The notes: a model not told the origin generated them from the sequence alone. A stretch of 64,000 nucleotides of DNA from Tricharina praecox (GCF_024521635.1 NW_026250447.1:62001-126000); one strand, 5' to 3'. Numbered from the stretch's first letter, positions 48,983 through 62,511 are shown. A program made the numbers and translations.

Positions 48983-49281
48983 ACTGATTATTGGCCTGAA
49001 GGGCGAGCTTTCGCCGAGCGAGGGAAAGCATGATGATATTAAAGGTTTTGCAAGGAGCGAGCGCTGCCGTTTGCGTGTATGGTGTGATGCGTTGTCCCCA
49101 CAGCTGCGGGGAACGAATCATCGTCGCTTACTGCAGCGCCTGGCTGGCTTAATTTTACAGGGGCTTTAGAGCCAAGGCCAGGGGGATAGGCTTTCCTATC
49201 AATGACGCAACAGACTAGGTACGTGAATTTAAACGCCGCGCCGAATCATTTTTCGTCACACGGGTTGGCTATCATGACTAT

Positions 49282-49406
49282 TGTTAAAAATATGAGTGAG
49301 ATTATTAGGTTGCTTGACTTATTCGCAAAACACAGCGGACGACCAGCTAGACATACCAGACAGAAGCAGAAGAAGCAACCTAACAATCTCACTCATATTT
49401 TTAACA
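49282..49406 (+). mobile_element. 5' LTR of a Ty1/Copia element (125 bp, TG...CA) with 34-bp terminal inverted repeats
   Basis: TGTTAAAAATATGAGTGAGATTATTAGGTTGCTT ... AAGCAACCTAACAATCTCACTCATATTTTTAACA, immediately followed by GGTTATGAGCCC (Ty5/Copia-type half-tRNAiMet primer-binding site). Confidence 0.8.
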
Positions 49407-49456
49407 GGTTATGAGCCCGGCCCAGCGATACTACTAGCTACATACAGAGAACTACT

Positions 49457-49650
49457 CCGGCTCCGGCCCCCCTTATCCTCATCTTTACCAGTGGCACCGG
49501 CACCGGCCGCGGCCCCATATTCACATCATCAGCGGTACCGGCTCCGGCCCCTTCATATTCATTTAAGCGGCTCCAGCCTATATTCACATCGATAAGCGGC
49601 ACCGGCTCCGGCCCCTTCATATTCATGTTGTAAGCGGCTCCGGCCCGTCA
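49457..49650. repeat. Tandem CCGGCTCCGGCCCC..CATATTCA units in the Copia leader
   Basis: About 5-6 imperfect copies between the PBS and gag. Confidence 0.7.
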
Positions 49651-49681
49651 TCTTCCTTTCCACCGGTACCGCTCTCGATCA

Positions 49682-50245
49682 ATGACCACCGAAATGTCTG
49701 CTTCGTACTACAAGTCCCCACACGGCACCTTCGAGAAGCTGAATAAGGTCAACTATCTCAGCTGGAAAAAAAGCGATGTCACCGCGGTTCTCACATCGCT
49801 GAAGATCTTCAATATTGTCCTAGGCAATGAGCGAGAGCCTCCCAATCGGCAGACTGCGGCTGCCCAAGATCTACTCCTCCAATCGAATCCAGAGCAGCGC
49901 AAGCTAGGACTATCCTACGGTTCTCCCTCACTGAGAGCCTCAGAGAGCGGATAGAGAGCATCATGGATCCTGCCGAAATTTGGCAAGTTCTTAGGCAACA
50001 GTACGATAATTCGGCATTCAAGGCTGGCCGTCTCCACCTGGCGCGAGCCTTTCGCAATCTCAGACCCGGCACCAACGATAAGATTTCCGACTACTGCGCT
50101 TGTCTCATTAGGCATCGCAAGCCTCTACAAGGTGCTATAGAGCAGATCACAGACCAGCGCCTCATCGGTCACATTTTCTCCGCGATTTCGGACATCTTCG
50201 GTTCCCTTACCGATTCACTACAAAATCTACGTGAGGAGGAAGCAA
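49682..50245 (+). pseudogene. Copia gag remnant (frameshifted, truncated by a LINE insertion)
   Basis: EKLNKVNYLSW..IVLG..PP in one frame and DPAEIWQVLRQQYDN..RAFRNLR..ISDY in another frame, downstream of the LTR and PBS. Confidence 0.8.
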
Positions 50246-50280
50246 GTATGAGAATAAACAGGATTTCCAAGACGCGCGCG

Positions 50281-50450
50281 TATTTATTTTTTGTTTATTC
50301 AATAATTGCATGCGACCTATATAGATCATGGCAATATCACCCCGTCCACCCCCCCCCCCCCGTTTCCACGCCACTGTCCAACCCGACTTGCATCGAGCGG
50401 CCCGATGTGGCTTTCCCAGCCCCCGCCCCGGCCTGTCCCAAAAAAGTAAA
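50281..50450 (-). mobile_element. LINE 3'-end fragment, family A, AATAAA + A-rich tail
   Basis: Reverse complement gggacaggccgggg..gggaaagccacatcgggccgctcga..ggacagtggcgtggaaacggg..ttgccatgatctatataggtcgcatgcaattattgaataaacaaaaaataaa. Confidence 0.8.
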
Positions 50451-51303
50451 TACACGGTAAAGACTGAAATGGGCCTGCATGCCCGCCCGCCCCTTCCCAC
50501 CTCTCCTCTCTACCCTACGGGCTGACTCGCCCGCTCTTCCCACCTGCCCTCTGTCCCTTCGTTTGAAGGTTTTCCAAATCCTTTTTGTGGTGTTTGCGTG
50601 CCTTTTGCGGCCTGGAGATCTTGCTCCCGCCGATGAAGACGGTCACATGTACGCCGCCCCTACCGCGAGCAATATCAGCCCACGACGGGACGCTTCACTC
50701 TCTTCCATGTCCTGTCCCTCTCTTCTCCGCTTTCCCCTTCCGTTTCCTCTCAACCTTCTTCCGTCCCTCATCCGTCTCAGTATCGCGAGGTGGAGACGCT
50801 GCGGACCCGGCAGATGTTAGTGGTTTAGGTCTTACGGAGTCGGACTCCAATTCCCTATGCTCAGATTGCTCAGGCGTCGGGGTGGGGGGTTTGGCTCTCG
50901 CTAGCTTCTTCGGTTGGTGCGGGGTTGGCGGTCCCGTCCGTTTCCGTTCCCGCCGTGGAGGTGGTGTCGATGGAGGAGGCGGCAGCGGCTGGACGCGCGC
51001 GTATTACCAACATGACCAATCTGCCCGCATATTCTGCACGAGTGACAACCAATGAAGTTCCGTCGCTCCATCGTTCCGCCCAAGAATCGCAACAATTATC
51101 ACGTGTACTCCAGAAGCTGCTGAAACAAGTTCAAGGTGCAAATGTCGTGTACGACTGTGGAAGAAGAATAATATATTCCTCATCCTATTTTATATACCAC
51201 CAACGTACTCCCCGCACCACCAAAGTCCATCCACCCGCCCCGCCGAGCACACCGTCTAACACAGAACTAACTACCGCACAAGTCGTCTCCCAACCGCAAC
51301 CGC

Positions 51304-52571
51304 TTAACAGCTAGCGCCGGACGGAACACCCTCACACTTGGTGGAGGTCTTTCCTCCGGTGACCGAGACGCCCGACCAGGTGAAGTCGGAGCACGAGGCG
51401 CAGAGGACGTAGATGTCGGTACCGCTGGAGGTGACCGAGCCTTTGACGTTCTTAAGGGTGAGGCCGCTGATGGGAACTCCGCTGGTAGGAGTGCCAGTGG
51501 GCGAGCCGTTCTCGTAGTCCTGCTCGATGACAATACCGTACTTGGTGATGTTCTTCAGGGTGATGCCCGAGTAGGTGACGTCCGAGACAGAGCCGGTCGC
51601 GTCGTAGACGGTCTTGATGCGAACACCTGGTAGCAAGGTATGTCAGTATGATGGGTTTTCCGTGGTGTAGTGGTGGGACTTACCGTTCTCAGAGTCGATA
51701 ATTGTCGTGTCGGAGACGGTAACGCCCTTGACGACGTTGTCGCTGCGACCACCGACGGATCCAATGGAGACACCGTGACCGCCCTGGATAAAATCACGTT
51801 AGAGAGTCGAATCAATGACACGATCGTGCGGAGTTGCTTACAGAGCAGTAGCCGTTGGAGAAAGTGATATCTTCACCGCTGTTGATCGCCAGGCAGTCGT
51901 CCTGGTTGTAGACCGTGGCCTTGTTGATGATGATACCGGTGGACGAGCCGACGTCGAAAGCGTCAGTGTTGTGGCCGCCGTCGGTGACGTCTCCGTCGGT
52001 GTTGTCGATGCTGACCGAGTCGATAGTCAAGTTCTCGGAGTTGTTGATGCTGAAGCACTGGACGGGCGTGTTCTTGATGTTAATTCCGGTGATGGTGGAA
52101 GAAATCATCTTGTGGGCGTAGAAGAACTTGGGCTAATAGAAATGGTTAGATCATTGGGTTCAAATATTTGGCCGAATCTGAGCGAGAACTTACCTTCGTC
52201 TTGCCGCCGTTGCTACCCTTACCGTCCCACCACGAGGCACCGCCACCGTTGAGGAGGTTGCCGGAGCTACCGGTAACGGTGATCTTGGTTCCGCTGATGG
52301 AGACCAAAGGACCCTCCCATTCCTTGTATCCGAAAGTCACGGTGCCGTCGAAGATGACCTTCGTGCCGCTGTCCAAGTCCGTGAGGTCCAGCGTCTTTCC
52401 AGCCGGGACAGCCAGGTTACCGATGGTGATGGTAGTGCAGCTGGACTTGACCGTGTCAAGGTTGCTGAAGCTGGTGAGCGTACAAGAAGCACGCTTCTGG
52501 AGATCAGCTGGAGCCGCCAGGACAGCAGTGAACTGCAAGATGGCAGCGATGGAGGCGAGAGTGAAGCGCAT
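51304..52571 (-). CDS. Secreted endo-polygalacturonase (GH28), multi-exon
   Basis: Signal peptide + [51 protein letters not shown] and RIKT motifs; TATA-like GTATAAAA on the minus strand near 52721-52728. Confidence 0.96.
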
Positions 52572-55500
52572 GATGATGACTGTTTGTTGAACGAAAGTTT
52601 TTGACCGGCAAAAAAGAGTGTAGGAGTAGCTGGGGCGAAGGAATGTGAATGTAAGAAGAGAGTGAATGTAAACCGAGCAAGCTGAGGAACTGAATACTAC
52701 CGATGACGGAAAACTCGTCGTTTTATACCATAGCATCGCGAGTGGTGGCCATGGCACGACTTCTTAGCCGGACGATTTAGGCTGGGCACTGCGGTACTTC
52801 GAAATTACAAGTGACCACCGGCCTTCGGCCTCATGTTTCTGCGAGAGGTGCAAGTGTGCCCGAGACTTCAGTAGTGAACAGGAGCTGCCGAACTTCCGTG
52901 AGACGGGACCGGGGCCCCTCGTGGAGGAGCGTCGTCACACGCGGCCTGGTGAGTGCACGGTCCCGGAGAGATTAACCAGCGGTAGAGTTACCCCCGGTCC
53001 ACGCATCCTGCATCCCGGTGCCGGTATGCCGGTGCCGATAGCCGACCCCAACGTCGAATATGGCCCGCTTGCGTATTCGGTATTCTGTTCTCACAGATGT
53101 TCTATTCTCCTTCATATGGATCTTTCTCATGCTTCCAGCCTATTGAGTGTCGTCTGCATACCGTAATTTCATTCATCCGTACTCGCCGTACATACCCCGA
53201 GGCTGCTCGCGCATACATATCATACTTTGAACCTTTGCTAGCGATCCGGGAGGCGGGGCATCTTCATCATCGTTGTCTCTTCGGCCATATCTGCCACGAC
53301 AATATCATACGTCTGTCTCTCCTCTTCCACGGCCTATCTAGTCCCGAATCCATAAAGTTGCAGGTGGCCATTCGACAAGCTTTATAAATTGATTGAGGCG
53401 GTAGTTTCGGATAGATCCGACCATGTGGGTTATGGGTCTCTAATTATACGCAGCGAGTGGATCGGACTCGGAGTCGGACTGAGTCGGCCCCCAACACCTG
53501 AACATAGTAACGATTCGTGACGGAACAAAAGCAAACCCGGGTCCTTCCCCTATTACCAAAGTGACCTCAATGCTGAGACGAAATGGTGGAATGTCTACTA
53601 TAGAAATATCTTACGTGTTACTACATGGATAGACCTCCAGGGCACCGCTCGTTAAGAAGGACAGTGTTTACCAACTGTTGTCTGACTAATCACGTAATCA
53701 AGCTTTGTTTCACCCTATGGTGTTTCACGGCCTTCTCGCCTGCAGCCGTAATACAGACTCCACGCAGCGATCAACTTGCTCCGCCTCCCCCTCCGCCCTA
53801 AGCTCCGAAACGGTGGGGTTAGAACGCCCCAAGGAACGTGCACGATGGCGACATGCTCAACAAAACGGTTGTTAGTGCTGTGCTACCAATAATTGCTAGC
53901 CGTTGAGCATCCAGGAATCAGTACATATCCGACGCGTTTCCCTGTCCGTCGGCGTATATGGCGGGACTGGGGGCCGCGCCTCGCTGAAATACCGACTTAC
54001 AACACGCCTGTTGTGCATACCCGGCACTAACAGAAACCGGGGGACACCTGGCACTTACAGCCCTACATAACCCACCAGCACACCGCCGAAAACATCGTCC
54101 CACTTCAGCAACACGACTCCATAGTCATCATCCGAGTGGTACCCAAGGTACAAAGCTTGTTCATTCCTTACGGAGCACGCAATTGATTGCTCCTAAGTGA
54201 AACACCGCCGATTCGCCGTGTGCGTGGTCATGATCTGCGGCGGGCAACATAGGCCCATTTGTCGCCGGCGTGTTCTCTACGTCATCTGGAGTGCAGCTGG
54301 GTTAGGTTTGCTGGCGTGCACATGATTTTGGCACTAGCGGATGCTGGGTTCCAACGTTCGCGTTGCAACGGCAAGCTCCGGGAATGTTCCCTCGAGCTTC
54401 CATGCGGCCTGTGCCCCATCGAAAACGCTCACTCGCGCTATCTACCGAAAGCCTCAGTTAAATCGTCCACAAGTCCTGTCCTCATTCCCTCCGACCTGGT
54501 CCCTGTTTCTTTTAAAGTGTCTGGATTGCTGAGCAACAAAGTGGGAGTAATGGTGTAGCTATGGGCGTATGGGACGATTCTACGGCTAACACGTACTTTT
54601 TTCAAAAAAGAAGCAACTGCTTCCGCTCGACACCGCGATGCCGGCACTGCTATACCTACTCTATCGGTAACACCTGTTGCGAGACCGGCCTTATGTACTA
54701 CGAATCCGCCTGCTGCCCAGGGTGGTGGTGGATCGTGCGTCGGAACGGCAGTATAACGGCGGACCCGCCGACTTGGATGGGATCTTGGAGACTTGCAGGG
54801 AGTTCGGACGACAACAGTTCATGCTGCTAGAGTGTAGGGGGAGCGGATACGAGAGATATTCCATGAAGACGAGCGCTAGCCAGAGTTCCAACGGCTACCA
54901 AGAATACGGGAGAGCGCCGACTTTCTCCCGGCCGTCAGTACCTATTCCCCGAGGAAATAATAGTGAGTGTGTATTTGAAGTTGAACGCATTCCCTCGGGC
55001 ACGGTTGGAGACATCTGACTTCTGGGAGGTAGGTGAGGCGGGACCGGGAGATAACTTCCCCCGGCCTTTTAGGTGGATATTCTCGGGTACTACGAACTCT
55101 GGATTCAGGAATCCTGGTACTAATGGCCCCCTTCGAGGTTAATCAACTACTGGCTCAGATCCGGATTACACATGTACTCCTCCCGAATCGCCGTTGCCGC
55201 ACTTTGTACGAATCGCTCGATTTCTGTCCCCATTACACCTCTATCGTATGCCTGGCGGGCAGACATCAACTTGCTAGACCAGCTCGATATCTTCGGTGGG
55301 CAGCTGTACTTCCGCAACTACGAGGCCTAAGAAGGTATATGTATTCTGGGGCCTCTATATAGGTAGACGAACTTTGATGGAGACAGAAACGATGATGGAC
55401 AGTGGAAGAGGATGATAAATGGACGCGGAATTCGGAGGTCGACAGGTGTACGAGGATTTGGAGGTATGAGCCTAAGTCCTATACAACCCATAAAATACGC

Positions 55501-57444
55501 TTTCTTCAGTCTGCTAACACCACGAAATGACGAGCGGGCGCTGCGTAGGCCGAGAGAAAAGGCTAAGGGATTGGGGCACCGCCGGGCGTGAACGTGTGGA
55601 CAGACGAACCATAAGCCGACAATGGACCAACAGGGTAGTCGGTAGTGTAGACAAATGTGCACTCGAAAGCCGGGAAACTACTTCCAACAGGCCACGATGC
55701 AGAGCGTGCAGCCGCAGCTCGCGCTCTGGTAGAGGTGAAGGATTGGGCGTCACGACAGAAATTTCAGGGGGCAAGCGGCGGGCGGAGGGGCGGGCGGAGG
55801 GGCGCATCTCCACGGACTACAGAGACATGACCCAGTCATGTGCACGAACCTCACTTGTTCGTCACCACCGGCGAGCCTACCAGCTTCAACTACACCCCAA
55901 ACACCCATCTGGCAGACAAAGTGATCTCGTAGGCAGTAAAATGCGCCCCCCTCCGGGGAGCCATAACTGACAGGAGGCGAGAACTCAAAGCCGGTCGTGT
56001 CTTAACCTGTACATACACAAGAAATCACATGTACTATTAAACCATCCAATGTCGCGCCGTGTGAAACCCTGTTATACCACACCGGAAATGTGAGCCTGTG
56101 CACACCGCTTCATCCAATCTCACTCGCCATGCGTTACAATCATGATTATGATGTGTACTTGAATTACGGTCTCATTTAGACGGCAGTTTGAAGCATTCGC
56201 TACTTAATCTGTAGCAAGAGTAACCTACGTGCCGCTAGACATTCAACTGTTGTTGTCGTCGGCAGGTTCGTATGATGAAGCATTTCCCCACTTACATCCA
56301 CCACACTGACTTCTGCCCCGTCGGAGGGGACCGAAAATAACGGCAATAAAATTCTGTACTACTCACCACAACGAAAAGGACACTTAATGATTGCCAGGAA
56401 AGAATATAAATGTATAGACTCTCATAAAATTCAACTTTTCTGTCTTCTTTTTTTTTACACTCTCAGGAGTAGATCTCGATGAAAAGTGCCAGAAAGCCAT
56501 AAACTGTGTCACAACAGGGATAAAGAGATATGGATGGATTGATAAACGGTGAGACTGTTGATTATAATGCTTCTCGTCGGGGCCGGAGCGGTGGGGAATT
56601 TGATTCCAGTCCATGCACTCGAGTGCTTTTGATATCACTCATATTCACCAGCTCTGCGCTAACCCCGGAAATTTGAAAAACACGGCGTCCCGCCAGACGG
56701 GCACGTAGGCATCCGCGCTCACTGCGACACGCCAATTACCGCCGGCTGACCGAAAGGTACCTACTGGAGGTACTATCAAGGCAACCTGCAGAACGATTAT
56801 TTCTTGGGGCGAATTCTGAGCACATATTTCGATAATCGAGAGTGTTAAAAGAGACCACAGATCGCAAAGGAACGTGAGTACAAAGAAATTGGAAATCTCA
56901 CGATAGACAACAATTTTGAGATCAGAGACTCGGAGTAGGGCAGAGGTTTTATGTACCAGGAGCTTCTCTTTTATGGAGAATCTCCTGTGTGATGGATGCC
57001 CCTTCACTACACTGAGAAGCTTCTGAAGGCGAGTTTCGCGACGACGTCTTGCGCCGAGTCGTGATATACGAACGGGTGGGCAAAGATATCACAAATCTTA
57101 ACTCTACCATTCTATCATGTTTTGATTGATGTCGTTGGAAACCTATTCGCTAGGCACTTAATTAGGCAGGTCAAATCGGCTTTCTCGTGGGATAACTAGT
57201 GGGGAATCATTTGTGGTGTTGGATATGCTGATACTGCTACTGTGTGCGGAATATACTATTCCAATGCGGTTCCTACTATCACTACATCGATACGTGTCGG
57301 GGTATTCACACAATGACGGGCAACATGCTGAGAGGTTCTCTGAATTCGATTATCTCTTCGCCCCACGGCGACAGGAGATACGCGCAACCACACCGTAATA
57401 TGTACATGACGCAACACGTCCCCCTCTCCCCTCCCGATTGCGCC

Positions 57445-58878
57445 CTATTCCTTCTCCGTTTTCGTCTCCGGTTTCCGGCCGACAACATGCCACCTGTATT
57501 GTCACAGGTGTCAGCACCGCGCGAAGTCGATCTGGTCTGTAGGCGGGGAGAGGGGGGGAGAGGGGAAAATTTACATGATCTGATATGAGTGCACCTTCTT
57601 AGTCTCGATCTCGGTCTGCGCACTGTTGCACAGCTTGACGACCTCGTCAGAGCTCATGCCTAGGTACCGCGTCAGCGGTGCCATGGCGTACGACTGCAGC
57701 CCGGTGGCACTGGTCAGCGCGGCGATGTACCCCGCCCGCTTCATATCCGGGTTCTTGGGCCAGCCGCCCCAGGGCTGCTTGAACTGGTGGATCTGGGTCC
57801 GTGTTGGTGGATGTTCGAAGCGGCAGAGGCTGGGCAATGGGCTGGCTTACTTTTATATCGACGAACCCAGCGGCGGCGATCTGTCCTTCAGGAGTTCACC
57901 CGACGGAAGCACCAGATTCGCCCCCGAGAGCGACTTGATGAAGCATGCAAAGTAGGTTTCGATCGAAGTGCAGGCCAACGTGCCGTCATCCGAGTGCACC
58001 GCTGTCTCGGCCTATGCCAGCTCTATGTATCCGCCAGGCTTGGTGTGGCTAGATGGCGCGCGCAGTCAGTCAGCCGAGTGCTTGCAGAGTGAGTGGACGA
58101 GGACGAACAGGAATATCTGCTCCAGGTATTTAGGCCAGTCACGAACGCTCTGGGCGATGTTTCGAGAGTGGATCAAGTCGAAGTAGTCCTGCGCGCGCCT
58201 TAGTGGGGGTTGCCGCAGGTCGGAGGCGCAAAAAGCTGCGGTGATCGTGTGCATACCTTGCGGAAGGTCCAGTCTAGTTCGAGGTCGTCGACTTCGAAGC
58301 GCACGTTGGGTACAACCCAGTCGGGTTGGATCGGACTCAGGTCCACGCCGACGACCTCCGCCGACGGGAATAACTCGCCCATATCCAACGCCCAGATACC
58401 GGTTCCGGTACCGCAGTCGAGTATGTGCTGTGGCTTCTCGCCGATCGGCGCAACGTAGAGTGATCCTTTGAGTGACAGAAGCTGTAGGTGATGGTACAAA
58501 TCGAGGCTTTGACAGGGCGTTTAGCTTCACTTCCCTCCGATTGCCGTGAGAGGACTGACCGATCTTGCTCCCGCTCATCGTTCGGCAACATGTACTTGCC
58601 CTCTTGGAAACGGTGGTATCGCCGGCCGTTCTCATAGACGTAGTAGACGATCGAGGAGGTTATGCTGTGCGTTGAACTCTCCCTACGGCAGATGTCAGTC
58701 GTTGCATGTACACACGAACAGTGGTTGGCATGTGGGCGTACAGGGTGGAGGAATATTCCGACGAAGAAAAATCGGCATCGTCAACTTCCAACTGCGGTTG
58801 TCAGCCTGGTGAGAAAGTATAGTCAAGTCCGCAATGGAGACCTACAGCCGGCTGCTCGATGAATTCTGCTGTTGCCAT
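57445..58878 (-). CDS. SAM-dependent methyltransferase, LaeA-like/TAM family, multi-exon
   Basis: Spliced exons give YENGRRYH..YMLPNDEREQDR|LDLYHH, ILDCGTGTGIWA, GVDLSPIQP.WV.PN..FEVDD, FDLIHSR, KPGGYIEL, KQPWGGWPKNP, HVVGRKP; stop at 57445-57447. Confidence 0.9.
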
Positions 58879-60759
58879 GTTTTGTTTTTTTTCTTGCGCG
58901 TGTACTACGGGTACGGGTGTTCGTCGAAATTTCGAGTGGGAGGAATCTAGGCGTCTTCCGAGCGATATTCAGATAGCCGGAGCAAAACCGAACAATCTTC
59001 GGCGGCAGCACGGTACTTATGGGCATCAGCGGACACCAGCGTGCGGAAAGGATTTAGCTGCCTCGCAATTGTCCGCTTCCTTGCTTGACTCAGGGACACA
59101 CCATTGGCGCGAGTCGCTTGCATGATGCGCGGAATACTCGCTTGCAGTTCATATGTCGTCTGTTTGTGGTGGGGTTGTTTACATAAATACCTAGGGTGGA
59201 CCTCTGCAGTCAGCTGGAGTATGTGTTCAGTCGGCGTGCGGGACCATGAAGAAAAGGTCGCGGAGATTCTTCCATTTGCACCGTTTCTTCCATTGCGCCG
59301 TTGATATCCACTGAACGCGCGCTTAAAGGCGGGCCTAGCCGGCGGTGCATCGAGCAGACCCCAGCTCGAAACGTCCTCTAGCAGTCGACGGCAATCAACA
59401 GACATCCACAGTAATATCTGCTCCTACCGCAACAGCTGGAGTGGAAGCAAACACGGTCTTGCGCAAGCCAAGAATCGAAGGTATCGATGCAGTGAGCGTG
59501 GTACGTACTCTACACATCTGCAGGCTCCGGGTGAAGATCTGCAGTCACTCTCAGGACATTGACAAGGTACCCTGCGATTCTACTCCTCGAGAATCGAAAT
59601 AACTGTATGAGAGACCAAAGTATTCCCGTGCTCGGAGCATAGTACATAGGTATGGGGTGAGGGCTGGTGTACGTACGGGATGTTCATCCCAGCGATTTAT
59701 TCCATCCAATGTTCACGGTTCACTCCCCAATAACTATCGACTTCGATGATGAATAGAATCTGAGCATTGTTCCTCGCCTCCAAGGGCGCAGAAACACCAC
59801 TGGTCGAAACGGCACGGCACCTCTCTGGCGGGCAGGATTTGCGTGCAATGATCAATCCCTGGAGCCGGGCAATTACTCTATATGTTTCCGGTGCTTGTCA
59901 ACCCAAAGCCATCTAAAAGCGGGGTAGGCGGTTTGGAGGTCGAGAGTCCTACATATCCCATGGCCGTGCGGCCCCGCTCCCGGGCTTTTCGGAGACATTC
60001 CGACGGGATCATCGGGTGCCCCCCAGAAAAGCAAGCGCAAGTGCATGTGGCAATCGCAAAGAGACGAACGTCCGCCGGTATACGGTGTGGGTTGTGTATG
60101 GAGATGCACGTCCACATGCTGCGCACCAGGGGCTGTTCATCACGCGTATGTGCCTACATATGTACACGGTACATATCGACATACATCCAGGCTATTTGCA
60201 AACGATAGCCATAATCCTATGCATATCCTGTATTCACGAGTACCTACCGTATCACATGAAAGAGTTCCTTTCAAGCTGTAGGGAAGGGATGGATGGATTC
60301 GGCCATAGAAACTAGGTAGGAGTCGGTCAATCTAGTCTCCTAGGTCAATCTGGTCTGCCAGGTCAATCGTTGTGGGCCTGCAGTCGATACCTACCGATGC
60401 CCACGTATGTACCAGTGTTCCACGTCAATTCCTACCTCAATGGTTTAGCCGGTGGATGACAAGGGTTTCGCTGACCAGTTCGATTGTCGCTTGTGGCGCG
60501 GTGGAGCCTGGAGGCCATCAAATAATCGTGGCGGTATCGGGCCGCAGAGTTCCCAAGAGCGAGAACCTCAAGCCTTGCGTTTAAGGTTTCGTTTCCGACG
60601 CGTAGGCATATTGGGAATGTCACAAATGGGTCATCTCCACATTAATTATTAGTCCGTCATTCAGTCGACGGCGTGAACATCGCGCATCGCATCCGAATAG
60701 AACCTAATATTGCTCGTCCCAGCCATCCGTAACAAACCATCACTGCTAAAGCCATGCAA

Positions 60760-62133
60760 CTACTCCTCCTCTCCAGGCGCATCCTCATCCTCGTCGTTAT
60801 CTTGCTCGTCGTGGTGGGTCTGCTGCCCAGCGGGCGGTAGCTCCACTCCCTCATAGCGGGCAACATACTCCTCTCTCCTCCTCTTCTCCGATGGGATCAG
60901 GTCCCTAATCTTCAGTTTGAGTGCCTCGGCGGCCAGCTCCTCCTCCCCCTCATCTTCTCGCCGCTGGCTCAGATCGAATTGGAACTTTGCCTTTCTCTTG
61001 GGACGGATGGTGTATCGTCCAAGGATGGGGTAGAAGTAGGCGCCGCGGGGCCTGTCCTCGTCGCCGGCCCGCAGACACATGGCGACCTCCTCGGGCTGCA
61101 TGTCGAACTGGGTGTGCCCGCCGCGGGTATCCTTCGCTTCGTAGCGGCGCACGTACGTGTAGCGGAATTCGTCGTCGTCCAGGTCTTCCTCGTACGAGAA
61201 CTTGCGCTTCACGGCGCCGGCGGTGGTGGTGGTGTCGGGAATGTAGAAGTCGAAGCACTCCCTGCGCTCCTCGGGCGGGGTTTCGTCGTCGTGGTGCGTC
61301 TCGACCGGCTGGAATAGACTCATGTCGATCCTGACGTCCCTGCGACCGTCGCGCTCGGCGTCCGTCGGCGCGGTCTGGAACTTGAACACCATGTAGCCGC
61401 CGGTATCGCTCATCCCCTCGAGATGAGGCAGCAGCGGGAAAGTCTCGAGCGCCTTGACGCCGGGCTTGTTGGGATGCTTCAGCTCCTTCCAGTTGCGCTC
61501 CGCGTTCATGGCCGCCTTGTCGCCGGAAGCGTACTGTCGCGCCGCATCCGGAACATCCGGATTGGGGTTCGCGACGTCGAATCCCTTCATCACCGCAGCC
61601 AAGATGCGCACGGGATCGGTGTCCTCCGGTCGCTGCGTCGTGCGGCGCGATTTCGACGGGATCGCGACAAGCTGGCTCGACGTCGTCGATTTGAACGATG
61701 ACCGTGATTGCTCGGCCGAGATGTACTCGGTACGACGTAGAAAGGAGACACTGCTACCCCCGGTCGCAGTGCGGTTGGTGGGCTTTCCGAGGGACGCCGC
61801 GGGCCGGAGAAGCGCGCGGTCGCGCGGATCGACAGGCGGGATAGGATCCATGGGACGTAATACCGAGTCGTCGCCCTCGAAGACGCGCGGGATGTGCACC
61901 AGGTCTAACGGCATGCCGAGCTCCGAGTCCACCTCGATGTTGAGGGGCTCCGAACGGGCGAGTTGCGAGACGAACGACGTATCGGTGTACTGCGAGAAGG
62001 CGGAGTTGGGCACGTCGAGAAGCTTCGGGGGGCCAATCGGGATGGGGAGGGCATTGTTGTAACGGATGCGCGCAATATAGTCTTGAGGGTAAGTTCGTGA
62101 CGCCGCTGGGCGTTGCGAAGAGGAGGACGACAT
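60760..62133 (-). CDS. PAF1: RNA polymerase II-associated factor Paf1
   Basis: QDYIARIRYNNALP.P..PPKLL, ELGMPLDLV, DPRDRALLR, VSFLRRTEYIS, LKHPNKP, acidic C-terminus; intronless. Confidence 0.93.
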   Translation of the reverse strand: MSSSSSQRPAASRTYPQDYIARIRYNNALPIPIGPPKLLDVPNSAFSQYTDTSFVSQLARSEPLNIEVDSELGMPLDLVHIPRVFEGDDSVLRPMDPIPPVDPRDRALLRPAASLGKPTNRTATGGSSVSFLRRTEYISAEQSRSSFKSTTSSQLVAIPSKSRRTTQRPEDTDPVRILAAVMKGFDVANPNPDVPDAARQYASGDKAAMNAERNWKELKHPNKPGVKALETFPLLPHLEGMSDTGGYMVFKFQTAPTDAERDGRRDVRIDMSLFQPVETHHDDETPPEERRECFDFYIPDTTTTAGAVKRKFSYEEDLDDDEFRYTYVRRYEAKDTRGGHTQFDMQPEEVAMCLRAGDEDRPRGAYFYPILGRYTIRPKRKAKFQFDLSQRREDEGEEELAAEALKLKIRDLIPSEKRRREEYVARYEGVELPPAGQQTHHDEQDNDEDEDAPGEEE

Positions 62134-62467
62134 TTTGAATAGGGTGGTTGGTGGTCGTCGTGGAGTTAGGGTGGTGGAAGACTGGTGAGAGTGAATGAGC
62201 TTGAAGTTTCCCGACGCGACAGAGCGATCGAGCTGTGCGGTCCCGTGCGCAGACACGCTAGTCCAGATTAACGCATATCGAGTGATGGACCTGGGTAGCC
62301 GCAAAACGGCCACGCGTCTAAATTTTCCAACGGTAAAGCAGGCACTTCTATTCTATTCTCTATTGTTACAGTCGAATTCGTTTACTCTCATTATCGGGGG
62401 AGTCATTGAAGTCTGATAGAGGACGACACCCCAACTGCCCTCGGAAACAATGCAGCCAGTCAGGACA

Positions 62468-62511
62468 GCGGGAAAGCGGGAAAGCGGGAAAGCGGGAAAG
62501 CGGGAAAGCGG
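62468..62511. repeat. (GCGGGAAA)x5 octamer tandem repeat
   Basis: gcgggaaagcgggaaagcgggaaagcgggaaagcgggaaagcgg, upstream of PAF1. Confidence 0.9.
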
